Origin: Octopus vulgaris
Taxonomy: Eukaryota
DNA length: 64,000 nt
NCBI GenBank assembly: GCA_951406725.2
Contig: OX597815.1
Span: 81,158,001 to 81,222,000 of the forward strand
Direction of reading: 5' to 3'
The position numbers were made by a program, and so were the translations under genes. Shown here piece by piece: positions 12,044-25,056 of this stretch; position 1 is the stretch's first letter, and each line of letters starts with the position of its first letter. Under the pieces are notes generated by a model, which was not told where the DNA came from, did not search any database, and saw nothing but the letters and a program-made list of their open reading frames with translations.

Positions 12044-12621
12044 TTAAACCCTTTAGCACTTAGATTATTCTGTCAAATATAATGCTTATATAGTCATATT
12101 GTTTTCAATTAATCGTGCCTTATCTCTTAGCTGAGATTTTGATGATGTGAATGTATATTTTGAGAATGACATGCTAGGTGAAAGAAGCCAGGTGTGGCCA
12201 GTTTGAATATGAAACTGGTAGGAGTGGCTGTGTGGTAAGTAGCTTACTTACCAACCACATGGTTCCAAATTCAGTCCCACTGCATGGCACCTTGGGCAAC
12301 TATCTTCTACTATAGCTTCTTGTCAACCGGGTAAATGGAAACTGAAAGAAGCCTGTTGTATATATATATATATATATGGGGGGGTATGTTTGTGTGTCTG
12401 TGTTGACAACCGATGCTAATGTGTGTTCACGTCTCTGTAACTTAGCAATTCATCAAAAAAGACAGATAGAATAAGTTCTACGCTTACAAAGAATAAGTAC
12501 TGGGGTTGATTTGTTCAACTAAAGGCTGTGCTCTAGCAGGACTACAGTCAAATGACTGAAACAAGTAACAAATAAAAAAAAAAGAGAGAGTACATGACCT
12601 GTTTGAATACTAAAGGGTTAA
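12044..12621 (+). mobile_element. piggyBac-type MITE family 1, interrupted by a SINE B insertion
   Basis: Ends ccctttagcact ... aatactaaagggttaa; body matches 15223-15442. Confidence 0.75.
12217..12580 (+). mobile_element. SINE family B copy nested in the MITE
   Basis: Full head ggagtggctgtgtggtaagtagc through tail aaatgactgaaacaagtaa. Confidence 0.85.
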
Positions 12622-13102
12622 CCAAATTCACTCACAAGGCATTGGTCAGCTTGGAACTATACTAGAACATGTTTGTCTAAGGTGCAGGGCAGTAAGATAG
12701 AACCTGAAACCATGTGTTTGGAAAGTAAACTTACCACACAACCATGCCAGTGCCTATACAATGTTAAAAACAAATTCTTTTATTTTTTGAGGGAAAAGTG
12801 AAACGTAAGTTGTAGCCTACATGCCTTTCTCAAGAAAGGACAAGAAGTCTGGAAACTGATATGAATAGCCCTTCAATAAGTAACTGAATCTAGGTCATGA
12901 ACCCTAAACTTCCCAGAAGCTTAACTCTTGCACTACACTGTTGGCTGCTGTTCATGTTCATAGCATACTCTCATAGATTATGGGTGATAGCAACAACAAC
13001 ATTTCACAAAGCAATTTGGCAGGGAGCGTTCTTTGGATGATTCCCCAAAGATAAACACTAACTGGGAAACAAATATACACATATATATATACATACACAC
13101 AT

Positions 13103-13162
<60 letters not shown>

Positions 13163-13213
13163 AAAAATGAAAATAGAAAAAATACAGAGAAAGAACAAGA
13201 TCAGAGAGCTTAC

Positions 13214-13242
13214 TTTGACTCGCCCACCCCATCGCCACCCAT
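13214..13242 (-). CDS. Candidate alternative first coding segment MGGDGVGES- (exon 13214-13409)
   Basis: Acceptor ttttccag|AG at 13409; in-frame TAA TAG upstream; AAGATGG start context; donor AA|gtaagc, phase 2. Confidence 0.45.
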
Positions 13243-13556
13243 CTTCCACTATTAGCAACAACAATAACAACCACAACAAGAGAAACCAGAGATGAAAGAC
13301 AAAATGAAGTGGTAGGAGAGGATAGGAGAGGAAATGTGCTGACCAAAGAGGGAACAGAATGCCACAACAAGCACACACACCCCCACCACCTCACTGTCCA
13401 ATTTTAGCTCTGGAAAATCAAATCAATATAGATTATGAGGGAGAAGAATTCAATTATTGCAATTTGTGCACTGCCACTTCTCAGCCTACACTTTCACACA
13501 CTGGCAGGCATGCACACACACACACACACAGCAGTATATAGACACATAAGCAGATG

Positions 13557-13588
<32 letters not shown>

Positions 13589-13666
13589 CATGTATCCCAG
13601 CCCACTGTCTCATTCCCTCAGAAATCATCTCTTTCTCTCATTCAGTATGTCATATTCCTCCTCCTC

Positions 13667-13703
<37 letters not shown>

Positions 13704-13878
13704 TCACAAATGCACCCCTCCTCAGATCTATCTCATTCACTCCCTGGCCAATACATTACCTCCTCTCTCCTCTCTTTTCTTTCTTCCTCATCCTCTATCC
13801 CCCCACCCTCACATACGCACACAATGTACCTACATATGTTTGTTTGTGCATGTACTTTAGAAAAAGCCTGGAAAACCC

Positions 13879-13911
<33 letters not shown>

Positions 13912-13917
13912 TAAATG

Positions 13918-13953
<36 letters not shown>

Positions 13954-14398
13954 CATTATATATATGTATATCTGTATATATCGATATATATCTATATACA
14001 CACTAGGACACATACACACACATGTACATATATATATATATACCATAATCGGCATCATCATTAATTTTCTATGCTGGCATGGGAAAAGAGGGAAGGAAAA
14101 GGGGAATGGAATGGCCAAGTAAGAAACGCACAGATTGCAAAATCAGATTTTAAAAAATGATCAACAATAATTGTAACATACAGAAAGAAAATAATAAAGG
14201 TACAGATGGGTGGGGTAGATCACAACTACAGAACACAATTTGAAACTACCCTCTGGTAGCCAGAACTTAAAGAACAAAAGGACACTGCTGAATTGCTGTG
14301 ATCACACACATAAAACATATTTAATAAGGAGCAAAATATAATTCCCCAAAATTGATATTATCATTATTATTATTACTACTACTACTACTACTATTATC

Positions 14399-14840
14399 AA
14401 GGCAGTGAGCTTGCTAAATCATTACCACGGCAGATAAAATACTTAGCAGTATTTCTCCCGACTCTATGTTCTAGGTTCAAATTCCGCCAAGGTCGACTTG
14501 GCTTTTCATCCTTTTGGGGGTCAATAAATTAAGTACCAGTAAAATACTGGAGGTCGATGTAATCAACTTGTGCCTTTAGCCGAAAGGATTATTATTATTA
14601 TTATTATTATCATCATTATTAAGGCTGCAAGCTGGTAGGATCGTTAGCATGCAGGTAAAATGCTTTGTGGGATTTCCTCCATCTTTATGTTCTGAGTTCA
14701 AATTCTGCCAACGTCAACTTTGCCTTTCATCCTTTCAGGGTCAATAAAATAAGTATCAGTTAAATACTGGGATCGATGTAATCGACTTAATCTTTTCCTG
14801 AAAATTTCAGACCTTATGCCTATAGTAGAAAGGATTATTA
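14399..14840 (+). mobile_element. Two tandem SINE family A copies separated by (ATT)n
   Basis: 14399-14590 and 14621-14840 each match 6052-6263. Confidence 0.85.
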
Positions 14841-15222
14841 TCATTATTGTTTCAACAGTGAAAAGAGAAATTTTTCTGAAATCCAGTTTTCACGATTAGT
14901 AGATAATTGTTACAACATGGGAATGCATGGACCCAGTTTTTGATATAAGAATAGTGTAAAAAATGTAAATAATCACATTCATAATTGCTTCTAATTAATA
15001 ATTTAGAAAGAAAACTAGTAATTTGGCAGGAAAGAGATTAGTCAATGCTAGTAACTTCAGTACTTCACTAGCACCTTTTTTTTTTTTTTTTGTCAGTCCT
15101 AAAGGGATAAAAAGCAAAATTGACTTGGGTAAAATTTGAACTCAAGATGTAAAGAGCAAGAAAAAATACCGCAAAGCATTTTCTCCAATGCTCTAATGAT
15201 TCTACCAACTGACTGCTTTTAA

Positions 15223-15442
15223 CCCTTTTGCATTCAGATTACTCTGTCACATTTAATGCTCAATTATTCCCAAGTTTCTGAATTAGTCATACATTATTTC
15301 ATAGCTTCAAAATTTCAATGAGGTGACTGTATGTCTTTAGAATGGCATTTTAGAGTAGGTGTGGAAGACCAGGTTTGGCTGTTTTGATCAAAACCAGTTG
15401 AATATTTTGGGCTAAATTTTGGCTGGTCTAAATGCTAAGGGG
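15223..15442 (+). mobile_element. piggyBac-type MITE family 1
   Basis: TTAA at 15219-15222 and 15443-15446; TIR-like CCCTTTTGCATT / AATGCTAAGGGG. Confidence 0.8.
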
Positions 15443-16525
15443 TTAAGTAATCTTACATAGGTACAAGACCAGAAAATTGGGGAGAAAGAGAGAAAAGAGT
15501 CAGTCACTGAAATCAATCAAGATTTTCACTGGAGCTTTATCTGACAACTCCAGGGAGATTATGTTGACCTTAATTTGATTTTAACTCGCTATGTAAAGAG
15601 CTAGGCAAAAGGCTAACCATTTCAAGAGGAAAGGGTTACGTGATTAGATTGACTCCAGTATTAGACTGACCATTTATTTTAAGGACACCAGAGAGATGAA
15701 AGGCAAAGCTGACTTTGGTAGGATTTGAACTGAGAATGTAAGGAGTCATGAGTTCAAATCTTGCCACGGTCAACTTTATAGTTCATCCTTCAGGGTTAAT
15801 AAAATACAGGTGCTAATTTGAAGCACTGATTTGACAGAATTGTTAGAGCTCCAGACAAGATCTCTTGTAGTGCCCGTTCTGACATTTTGAGTTCTGATGG
15901 TAATGTCTGCAATGACATAAGGATCAAGTTATACTGGTCTTTGGCTCCCCCCCCCTAAATAATATCAGTGGAGATAGGAAACATGCATGCATGGACAAAT
16001 TCTGGTCTTCTGTAGAGGAGACTTGTCTAGTTTTGCACCTTGCAGAGAAGTTTTTTCAAATGTAAATCCATAGAGACCTCGAGTGTGTAAGCATACACAT
16101 GTACTCATACAGATATGTACAAACATTTTGCTTCTGTTATTTTTTTTTTTGTTTTTTGTTTCATTGTAAATCCATTGAAATTAAAATACCAGAAAGATCT
16201 TTGTGGTGTTCTTTACTTAATCTTCGAAACGATTAGTACACAACTGCAGTAAGTAAAACCGAATCAAATGAAATGGAATTGAAAAAAAAAAGAAACAAAA
16301 TTTAATAACAGAATCCACCCCTTTTAATTTCAAAAATGAAACACACACATACACATACACAAAAAGCAGAGGGAATCAAGAGGAAAACAAAACTAAAAAC
16401 ATTAAAAAAACAAACAAAAGCATTTTGATGAAGGGAATGAGAAAGAAGGAAAAAAAGAACACAGGGAAAGAATCCTTGGTGCTTGATGCTGGATGTACAG
16501 GCTGGATTCTTCCTACTTCTCCTAC

Positions 16526-16557
16526 CATTGTTGCAGCTGTTGATGTTTTACCATCAT
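16526..16557 (-). CDS. Candidate alternative first coding segment MMVKHQQLQQ-
   Basis: AAGATGATGG start context; donor TG|gtagga in phase 2, of moderate strength. Confidence 0.25.
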
Positions 16558-17290
16558 CTTTGGTTTGTTTGAGGGTTTTTTTTTTTTTTTTTTAATATAT
16601 AATATGAGGCAAGTGATTAAATTCCAAAAACATCCTGGAGGAATTTCACCAACTGGAGTCACTAATCTTCCTCCACCCACAACCATCAACACTCCCGCCA
16701 TCCCCACCCATCCACAAACATAGCTTCCAATCTTCCACATCTTTGTATGTTTATTTTGTTTCTTAGTTTGTTTTTTTATTGAATTACATGCTAACAAAGC
16801 AATCCTTTATAGTAGAGCCGTGTATAATGTCTGCTGTTTGTGTGCGCATGCACATACACACACAGATTTACATACATACATAGATAAAGTGTGATCTGTC
16901 TATGCTTATACATTTATCTGCGTCTGCTTATACATGTGTGTTTGAATGTGTATAAATATATATATAAGCTTATGTATGGGTAGAGTGTGTGTGGTAAAAA
17001 GAGAGAAAAGTAAAGAGAGGCATTATAATCAATGTGTGGTGTCAGAAGATGGTCGGGAGTGACAGAAGAGTAGGGGATGTAATGAGAAGAAAGAAAGAAA
17101 GAAAAAAAGAACGAAAGAAAGAAAGGGGTGGGGTAGGGTGGAAAAGAGAGTTTCCGATCAATGTTTGGGAAACTACTTGCCCCAAGTCAATGACCCAAAT
17201 GAAGCTATTTACACTTAGCTTTTACTTCGTTTAGAATCGCTGTTGGTGTGGTTGTTGATGTTGCTATTGCAAATCATTTATTTCACTTAC

Positions 17291-17402
17291 CACCAACCAC
17301 CTCAACCCACTACCATCATATTTTGTCGGGGAAGAAAAATAAAAAAAAATTATCCTGTTCCTCTTATCCTAATGTTGGGCGACCATTGTTATCCACAAGA
17401 AT
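17291..17402 (-). other. Candidate non-coding exon
   Basis: Strong donor GTG|gtaagt at 17290; possible acceptor ctctccag at 17403; only short uORFs inside. Confidence 0.25.
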
Positions 17403-17419
17403 CTGGAGAGTCCCTATAT

Positions 17420-17481
<62 letters not shown>

Positions 17482-17814
17482 CGCGCAAAACACACACACA
17501 CACAACAATCTCCATTCTTTTATGCTGCTTTAATTATTTTTATCATAATTATTATCTTTCTTGGAAAGGTATTGGAGTGGCAGAATCAGTTGGCCGGTTA
17601 TACTAAATGGCTTTTCGTATTTAGCTATAACTATCAAGTTATAACATTCTGACCCAAGCAAGCATGGAAAAAGTGGACATTAAAACGATGATGATGATGA
17701 TAATAATAACGATGTTTTGTGAACGCAGGCAAAGCTTAAGAAGTTCGCTTCGGAATCATGAGGTCCCAAATTCCATTCAACTGCATGGTGGCATCTCAGA
17801 TAAGTAAGTGCCTT

Positions 17815-18043
17815 TAATGCTTTAACATTGAGATAACTCTGTCAAATGTAATGCTTATTTATTCACATTACTTTGAATTAATCATGCATTATCTCGTACC
17901 TTCTGTATTTTGATGCTGTGTTTGTTTCTGTTTTAGAATAACATTACAGGGTAGGTGTGTGAGGTCAGATCAGAACTGTTTGAACACAAAAACAAGACGA
18001 ATGTTTGAGCCAGATATAGCCAGTTGAAATGCTGAAGGGTTAA
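17815..18043 (+). mobile_element. piggyBac-type MITE family 1
   Basis: Body matches 15223-15442; ends aatgctgaagggTTAA. Confidence 0.75.
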
Positions 18044-19099
18044 TGATAGCTTTGGGTCAATCCAAGCTCTTAGAGTGAAATTGCATTGACACAAACAGTG
18101 TAAAAGCCTGCTGGCTGGAATGTACATATTTGTGGAATCGTAAAGTGAAACCATAGATGTCACTTGCGAGCGAGAATGACTTGGTAGCACATATGTTTTC
18201 TCTAATTGCTTTAGGTTATTATGTAGTCTGAAGTAGACATAGACATGATCTGGCAACCTTTGATCAAATAGAACATTGAGGATGTGACAGCTGGCAAGAG
18301 AAAAGGCTGCACCATTTTCAGTACAACAGAGTGGAGCTGTGCCTTACTCAAGGTCATGACGTAGCTGATTCAAGCATAGAACTCACAACATCACGATCCT
18401 TCAGCTAACACCCTAAACACAGGGCCACTAACTTGTTAAATATTCCAGTCACTTACATAATCATAAAAAGTAACTAAGTTTATCAAACAGCTTAGAAATC
18501 CAAAGAAGTTCCACGATTCCTTACATCCCCTATTCAAATCTTGTTGATGCTGACTGTCTTTCATCCTTCTAAATTCTATAAAACAGGGGCCAACAAGTAC
18601 TGGGTTGATATAATTGACTGTAAACCCCTTATTCACAAATGGGGCCTTGGTTTTACATTGGAAATAATTATTTTTAATATCAAAGCAGCAAACATCACCA
18701 CTTGCATTTATTAACATCGTTTTACACTCTGGGTACAAATCTCATGTAGATCAACTTTGCCGTTTCATCTTTGAGAGTTGGATAAAGTACCAGTAATATA
18801 CTTGGTTTGTTTTAATTGACTAATCATTTTCTAGATCCAAAACTCAGTTGGATGCCTGTGCTTGAAACTATCACTACTGTTTATAGTTGATCCAAACAAG
18901 GATTCTGGATTATTTGTTATATTTACTATACGTGAATACGATCTTATGTTAACTTTCAAGTCTTTCTCAATTATCTTCCTTTAGGCTGTATATATTTTGA
19001 ATGGTGAATTTGTTAACTTTGGCTTGTATTAGATAAGGATAAATTATTTATTACTGTTATTAAATTTTCTACAGTCACCTTCACATTCCATGACCACCA

Positions 19100-19316
19100 T
19101 TGGGATCAATCAGGTACTGGACAAGGATTCTGGATTATTTTTCCATTTTTTTCACTTAATTTTTGAGAGCGGTTGGGTTCATTTTTAGTATTCTCGTTTG
19201 TGAGAGCAGTCAAGTTTAATTCAGGTATTCTCGTTTTAAAAATCATTTCTGGTTAATTGTTCAGAGGACATTGGTGTTGCCTTGGCGGAGGTTTGCACCC
19301 TCTGAATGCTCTTGTT
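19100..19316 (-). mobile_element. Helentron/DINE-1-like element, 5' part
   Basis: Reverse complement of 35322-35530. Confidence 0.7.
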
Positions 19317-20699
19317 TATTATTAATATTATTACAGCATTCTCTTTTTGTGCATGTATATCATCATCATGGTTTAGAGCCCATTTTACCATGCTAGTAGG
19401 AGTCAGATTGTATTTGCTGAGGTGTATTTTCTATGGTTACATGCCCTTCCTGTAGCCAGACCTCACTGGTTTCCAAATAAGGTAATATTTCTCCATGACC
19501 AAACATGTCTCAGAAGACTGGAAATGAAAGGACACTCCTAGCATGATGGTGACACTTGTTTACGAGTGCATAATGTCAAGGCAATAAGGCAGTAACACAT
19601 ACACACATATTATGATAGTTTCTATCTACCAAGTCCACTCTCAATACCTCAGTCAGCCCATGGCTACAGAAGAAGACACATACCCAAAGTGCCTGAAACC
19701 ATGCAGTTAGGAAGCACAATTCTAACCACAAAGCCATATCTGGTGTGGAAATTAATCACTGTTTCTAATTACTCATAGAAAATTATGAACATCACTGAAA
19801 AGAATGAGACATGCACTTGACATGCTGTTAACTCAAGAGGGGGTTGAGCTAGCTCTTACCAAAGAATCTATAGTATTACAGTCATAAGCCAACCATGGTT
19901 GGCAATTACAGACATCTGAAGTGAAGATTGTCACTCAGTTGCAATTCCAACTATAGACATCATGCTTATGTGCACAAGATGTCAATTCAAGACTGAACTG
20001 CATTTTAAAACCAGTCTTCAATTCTCCAACCATTTATGCAATCCAGGAAAGGCTCTGGCATAACTGCATTTTGGAGGAGTTTGGTTCACAGACAGTGGTA
20101 TATAGAACCAAACCAACAGAAGCACTTTCTGAGCAGGAATTGTTTGAAAGGAACCATAATAAACTGATATAGTTTGGTAGAATGAATAATCTACAATTAA
20201 GAAAAAGCATGGCTATTTATATTATTAGTATGGGTTGGATAGTACTGTAAAGTCAAAAATTTACCCCCTAACATGTGAATGAGAGAACTAGTGCTTCTGA
20301 ACAACTGTTAACACACTGGCACACATGAACGCACAAAATCACAAATACTCTAACATACACATTCCCATAAAGTCAGTTCCATACACAATTACATGTGTTG
20401 AAAATGCAATATAGCAATTTCCAGTCAAATTTACACACACACACATACATGCATGCATGCACAGGAGAATCCGCACATGCATACATATATAGATACATTC
20501 ATTCTCCATCTGACAGCCAATGCCTGTCAAGGATATGTTTCTAATCATGTATAAGCTGCTAACAGATTAACTAGCCCCATGAAACAAACATGCTGCAAAA
20601 CAACATGATATGCATACAAACATACATAGTACACACACACATACATGTACACACTTAACATTATACACATAAGCATTAAGCATACACACAAAAACCACA

Positions 20700-20787
20700 T
20701 GTGTATGTACAGACACACACGTGTGTGTGTGATCATGTGATTGGGTGCATATAAATATATGTATGTGTGTGTATATATATATATACA

Positions 20788-20862
<75 letters not shown>

Positions 20863-21475
20863 TGTATATGTATATATATGCATGTGTCTACATATTCATG
20901 TATGTATAAACATATGTGCATACACGCACACACACACACACATATATATATATAAGCTTCTATGTATGTACATATGTGTGTGTGTATGTATATTTTGATG
21001 TATAAGTATATGTACACACAAATATATATATATATGCATTGATGTATGCCAATATATGTATATGTGTGTACATGTACATATGCATATTTTGACACATGCA
21101 CACACATATATGTATTGACGTGTGTGCATGTATATAAATATATTCATGCATTATATATTATATTATACATGCATACACAATACGCACATAGTTTGAAAAA
21201 CATCAACATAAACTTAACATCCTAATGCAGCCATGCATATACACATGCACATATTTGCATGCATAATCTAAAACATATACAACTTATCAAACATGTGACA
21301 GACAGACATATGTACGCATGCACACACACACTATAAATATGGAATGCAATTACACATCAACACATATACACACACACATACACTCAGACACTCTAACACA
21401 CAAACACATCAAACCATTCTAACTGCATGCATTCTAGACACAATTCTAATTTTGTACACACACACACACGCACGC

Positions 21476-21510
<35 letters not shown>

Positions 21511-21520
21511 TATACATAAT
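20700..21520. repeat. Compound (TA)n/(CA)n low-complexity tract
   Basis: Direct reading. Confidence 0.9.
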
Positions 21521-21744
21521 TAAACATTCAGAATCAATACGTTGAATAGGGGCATTATACACACCAGGCACTCATACATACATACACAAACAGAGACATG
21601 CAAAATACAGACGCATACAAACACACACACACTGTCATACATATATTCACACTCACTGCACGCACACACTGCACGTACACATGCACATTAATCAATTCCA
21701 GATGAAACATCAAATATATTTGAGGTTGATTGATTTTAATATTG

Positions 21745-22400
21745 AGGGAAGTGATGGCGGTCGGAGGGAAGGTGTGGTGGGGGAGGAGAGCAAAAGATAA
21801 GAGAGCAAAGGAGGAGGCGAGTGGAAGAAAGGGGAGCAATGAGATGAGGGGACATGAAGAAGAAGAGTGGAGGGGGGGTGCAAAGAGAAAGAGAGCAAAG
21901 AAAGAGAGCACAATGAAATATGCAAGAGTTAGAGAGCAGAGAAAAAGAGAACAAAGTGAATGAGAACACAGGGAAGAGCAAGGGGAGGAAAGAATGTGAG
22001 ATGAAAGAGAGCAAAGGGGAGAGCTGAGAGGAAGAGAGAAGTGGATAGTGGTAGGTGGAGGAGTGAGGATAGTGGAAGAGAGGAAATAGAAGTGATGAGA
22101 GAGAGAAAGGGCAGCGATGTAAGAGAAAGAAAGGCAGTGTAATGAGAGGGGTAGAGAGAGGTGTTAAAAGAAAGACAGTGGATTGATAGTGAGTAGAGAG
22201 TAATAAAAGGAGAGAGAGACAGAGAGTGATGAGTGGAGGATAGGAAAGGACAGGAGGAAGGGGAAGAGGAGGAAGTAGTGTAGGAAAGTAAATTAGAAAA
22301 GAGAGTGAGGAGGATGGTGGTGGTGGTGGTTCTGTATGAGATTAAAAGGAAAATGATCAGGGGAGAGAGAGAGTTTAAAGAGGAATAATGGGAGGGTGGA
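21745..22400 (+). repeat. Purine-rich (GA) low-complexity tract
   Basis: About 650 bp strongly skewed to A/G on the plus strand. Confidence 0.85.
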
Positions 22401-22502
22401 TGAAAGATAGAAGTGAATGGTAATGGCAGAAAGACATTGGATTTCTACTAAGAGGTCTGTAATACAGCATCAAGAAATGCTGAATGTGGAAGCTCAATGT
22501 AC

Positions 22503-22563
<61 letters not shown>

Positions 22564-23432
22564 ATGTGAGAGAGACAGAGAGAGAGAGAGCAAGAGAGAG
22601 GGAGGGAGGGAGGGAGAGATTGTTGACACTGAAATATGTGATGTAGACAGACAGAGATAAGTAAATAGGCAGGTAGCACATTATAGATATTAATATGCGT
22701 GTGTGTGTATTTGTGAGTGCGTGTATTTGTGTGTGTGTGTGCGTGCATGCATACCAGTGTCAACACTTTGCAGTAATTAAGTTATTAAAAGAGAGGTAAC
22801 TCTGAAGGGAGATAACCACGGTACCAAAAGATAACGCCCAAGCATGGTTGCAGTCCAATGAATCAAAACAGCAAAAGAATGAAGCCCATATAATCACAGA
22901 CACACACACACAGAGAAATACTAGAAAATAGGCAGAGATATAAGCAGACAAAAAAGCATGTAGATAAATATGCTAAGACAGATAGACATGATGAGGATAA
23001 AAAAAAACTGTGGAGACAGACATAAGAGATGCCTTGGATAAATAGATGAAATACTGACACACCAATAGGAAGACAGACATGGATAACTAGACAGACAAAT
23101 GGAAAACCTGAAATGCTGAAGAAATATATTTTAAGAATTTCAGAATTATAAAGGTTACTTTGGAGGATGAGTAAGAGAAGGGGGAAAGGATGAGAATTAA
23201 AACATTGGTTGTGGTGGAAGAAATAGATAATAAGGAAGAGGGAGGATTAAGTAAAGTCGTTTCTCAACCACTCAATAACTGTACTAAAGTATAGACTTTC
23301 TGCACAAATGTGTGTGCTTGTGTACGCGCGTGCACACACACACATAGAGGCACATATATTTACCAAGAGACACAACACACAAGTTGAAACAGTCATATAT
23401 AGATGTGTCCCATAGGTAAGGTGCCATTTAAA

Positions 23433-23645
23433 TATTGGGTTCAAATTTTGGTGCAAGGCCAGCAATTCAGGATGTGGTGGTGGTGGGGGTCGATTACATC
23501 AACCCCAGTGATGAACTGGTACTTATTATACTGACTCAGAAAGGATAAAAGGCAAAAATGGACCTTGGCAGAATTTGAACACAGAACGTAAGACCCCTGT
23601 GCACTTTGCCCAGCGTGCTAACAGTTCTGCCCGCTCACCGCCTTG
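23433..23645 (-). mobile_element. SINE family A copy
   Basis: Reverse-complement match to 6052-6263. Confidence 0.8.
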
Positions 23646-24151
23646 TACCATTTCAGTATCAATGTGAAATGGTAATGTTTACTTGTATGTGTAATTATCA
23701 GCCTATCATACACAAGGAAATAACAGGTGTATTTGGTAGCTACCTATAGTTATAAAAACATTTATGTGTATACCTTCACATCTTGCCAATTCATGTGTCC
23801 ATGTGTAAGTATAAACGCACACACACATATACACAGACATGCACACACACATATATACATGCCTATATACACATGTGGATGCTTGAGTAAATAAACAATT
23901 TGATCTGGCAAGGTTTCTACACCTGGATGCCCTTCCTAACACCAACCACTTCTAGAGTGTAGTGGGTGCTTTTCATGCGCCAGTCAGGCGACACTGGCAT
24001 CAACCACGCTCGAATGGTGCTTTTGACGTGCCACTGGCATCGACCACGCTTGAACGGTGCCTTTTACGTGCCACTGGCACAGGACACAGTCAGGCCACAT
24101 ATATAGATTGTTTGAAGTGGTGTACCGATATTGTATATAAAGAAAAAGGAG

Positions 24152-24191
<40 letters not shown>

Positions 24192-24973
24192 AAAAAAACA
24201 CCAGCAGATGTAAAGCTGGATAAAGTATATCTGAATAAAACAAGGGTATTGTGAAGATAGCTTTGACCATAGGCTCCTTGGCCAAGGATTTAGTGGAGCT
24301 TAAATGCAACAACACTATATCTGCTATTAGTGCAACCATCACCACTACAATCGCCCAGATTAACATCACCACCACTACTATTACTACAACTACTGTTACT
24401 TTTGTTAAGACCACCCGGCCACAACAGCCACCATCATCATCATATCCAATCCTCAAAAAATTCTGTTGAATATGCAATAAGGCAATGTAAAGTAATGCAC
24501 CCCAAAAGACAGAGAAACCTTGGATGCAAGTGGAGATGGAGTTGGTGATGTGGATATAGAGGGAGACGCAAATGGTGTGGTGGTAAGTATGGAGATGGTG
24601 GCGGTGGTGTAGTGGAGATTGCAGCGAGATGATGATGATGATGATGAAGATGAAGATGATGGCGATGATTGTGGTGTGGTGGAGAGATGGTGGTAAGGTT
24701 TGATAGGGATGGTGGCAGTGGTAGTGGTGGTTGAAAACACAGAATATAACAGCAAAGGAAGAAAAAGAAAAAAAGAAAGGTAAAATAAACTACAGATACC
24801 CATCGACACCCACACCCACACAGATAGGGATGGAAGGAATGGAATAAAATCGAAGTGATTATTATTGACTGCAGCATTGTTGCTGCTGCTGTTGCTGCTG
24901 CTGTTGTTGTTGTTGTTACTGCTGCTGTTGCAGCACTTTCGTTGAAGCTTCTGTTGTAGTTGTTTTTTCTCAC

Positions 24974-25056
24974 CGATGAAACGAAAATTTGAAAAGAGTG
25001 GGGAAATAGGAGTGTAATGGATAATAGCTTATTACATAAGAGATTTTCTTTGCCAT
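24974..25056 (-). CDS. Candidate alternative first coding segment MAKKISYVISYYPLHSYFPTLFKFSFH- (exon 24974-25107)
   Basis: Acceptor ctcttcactctccactgccactag|G at 25107; AAGATGG start context; donor CG|gtgaga, phase 2. The whole 134-nt exon is open in this frame. Confidence 0.45.

Noticed and set aside
19888-19903. Perfect 16-bp palindrome gccaaccatggttggc
   Set aside because: Palindromes of this length are expected by chance in 64 kb; no supporting context.
23955-24080. Three short direct repeats (ggtgctttt..cgtgccactggca)
   Set aside because: Degenerate internal repeats of the RTE-type 3' region; not CRISPR-like (no unique spacers, no cas genes, eukaryotic DNA).
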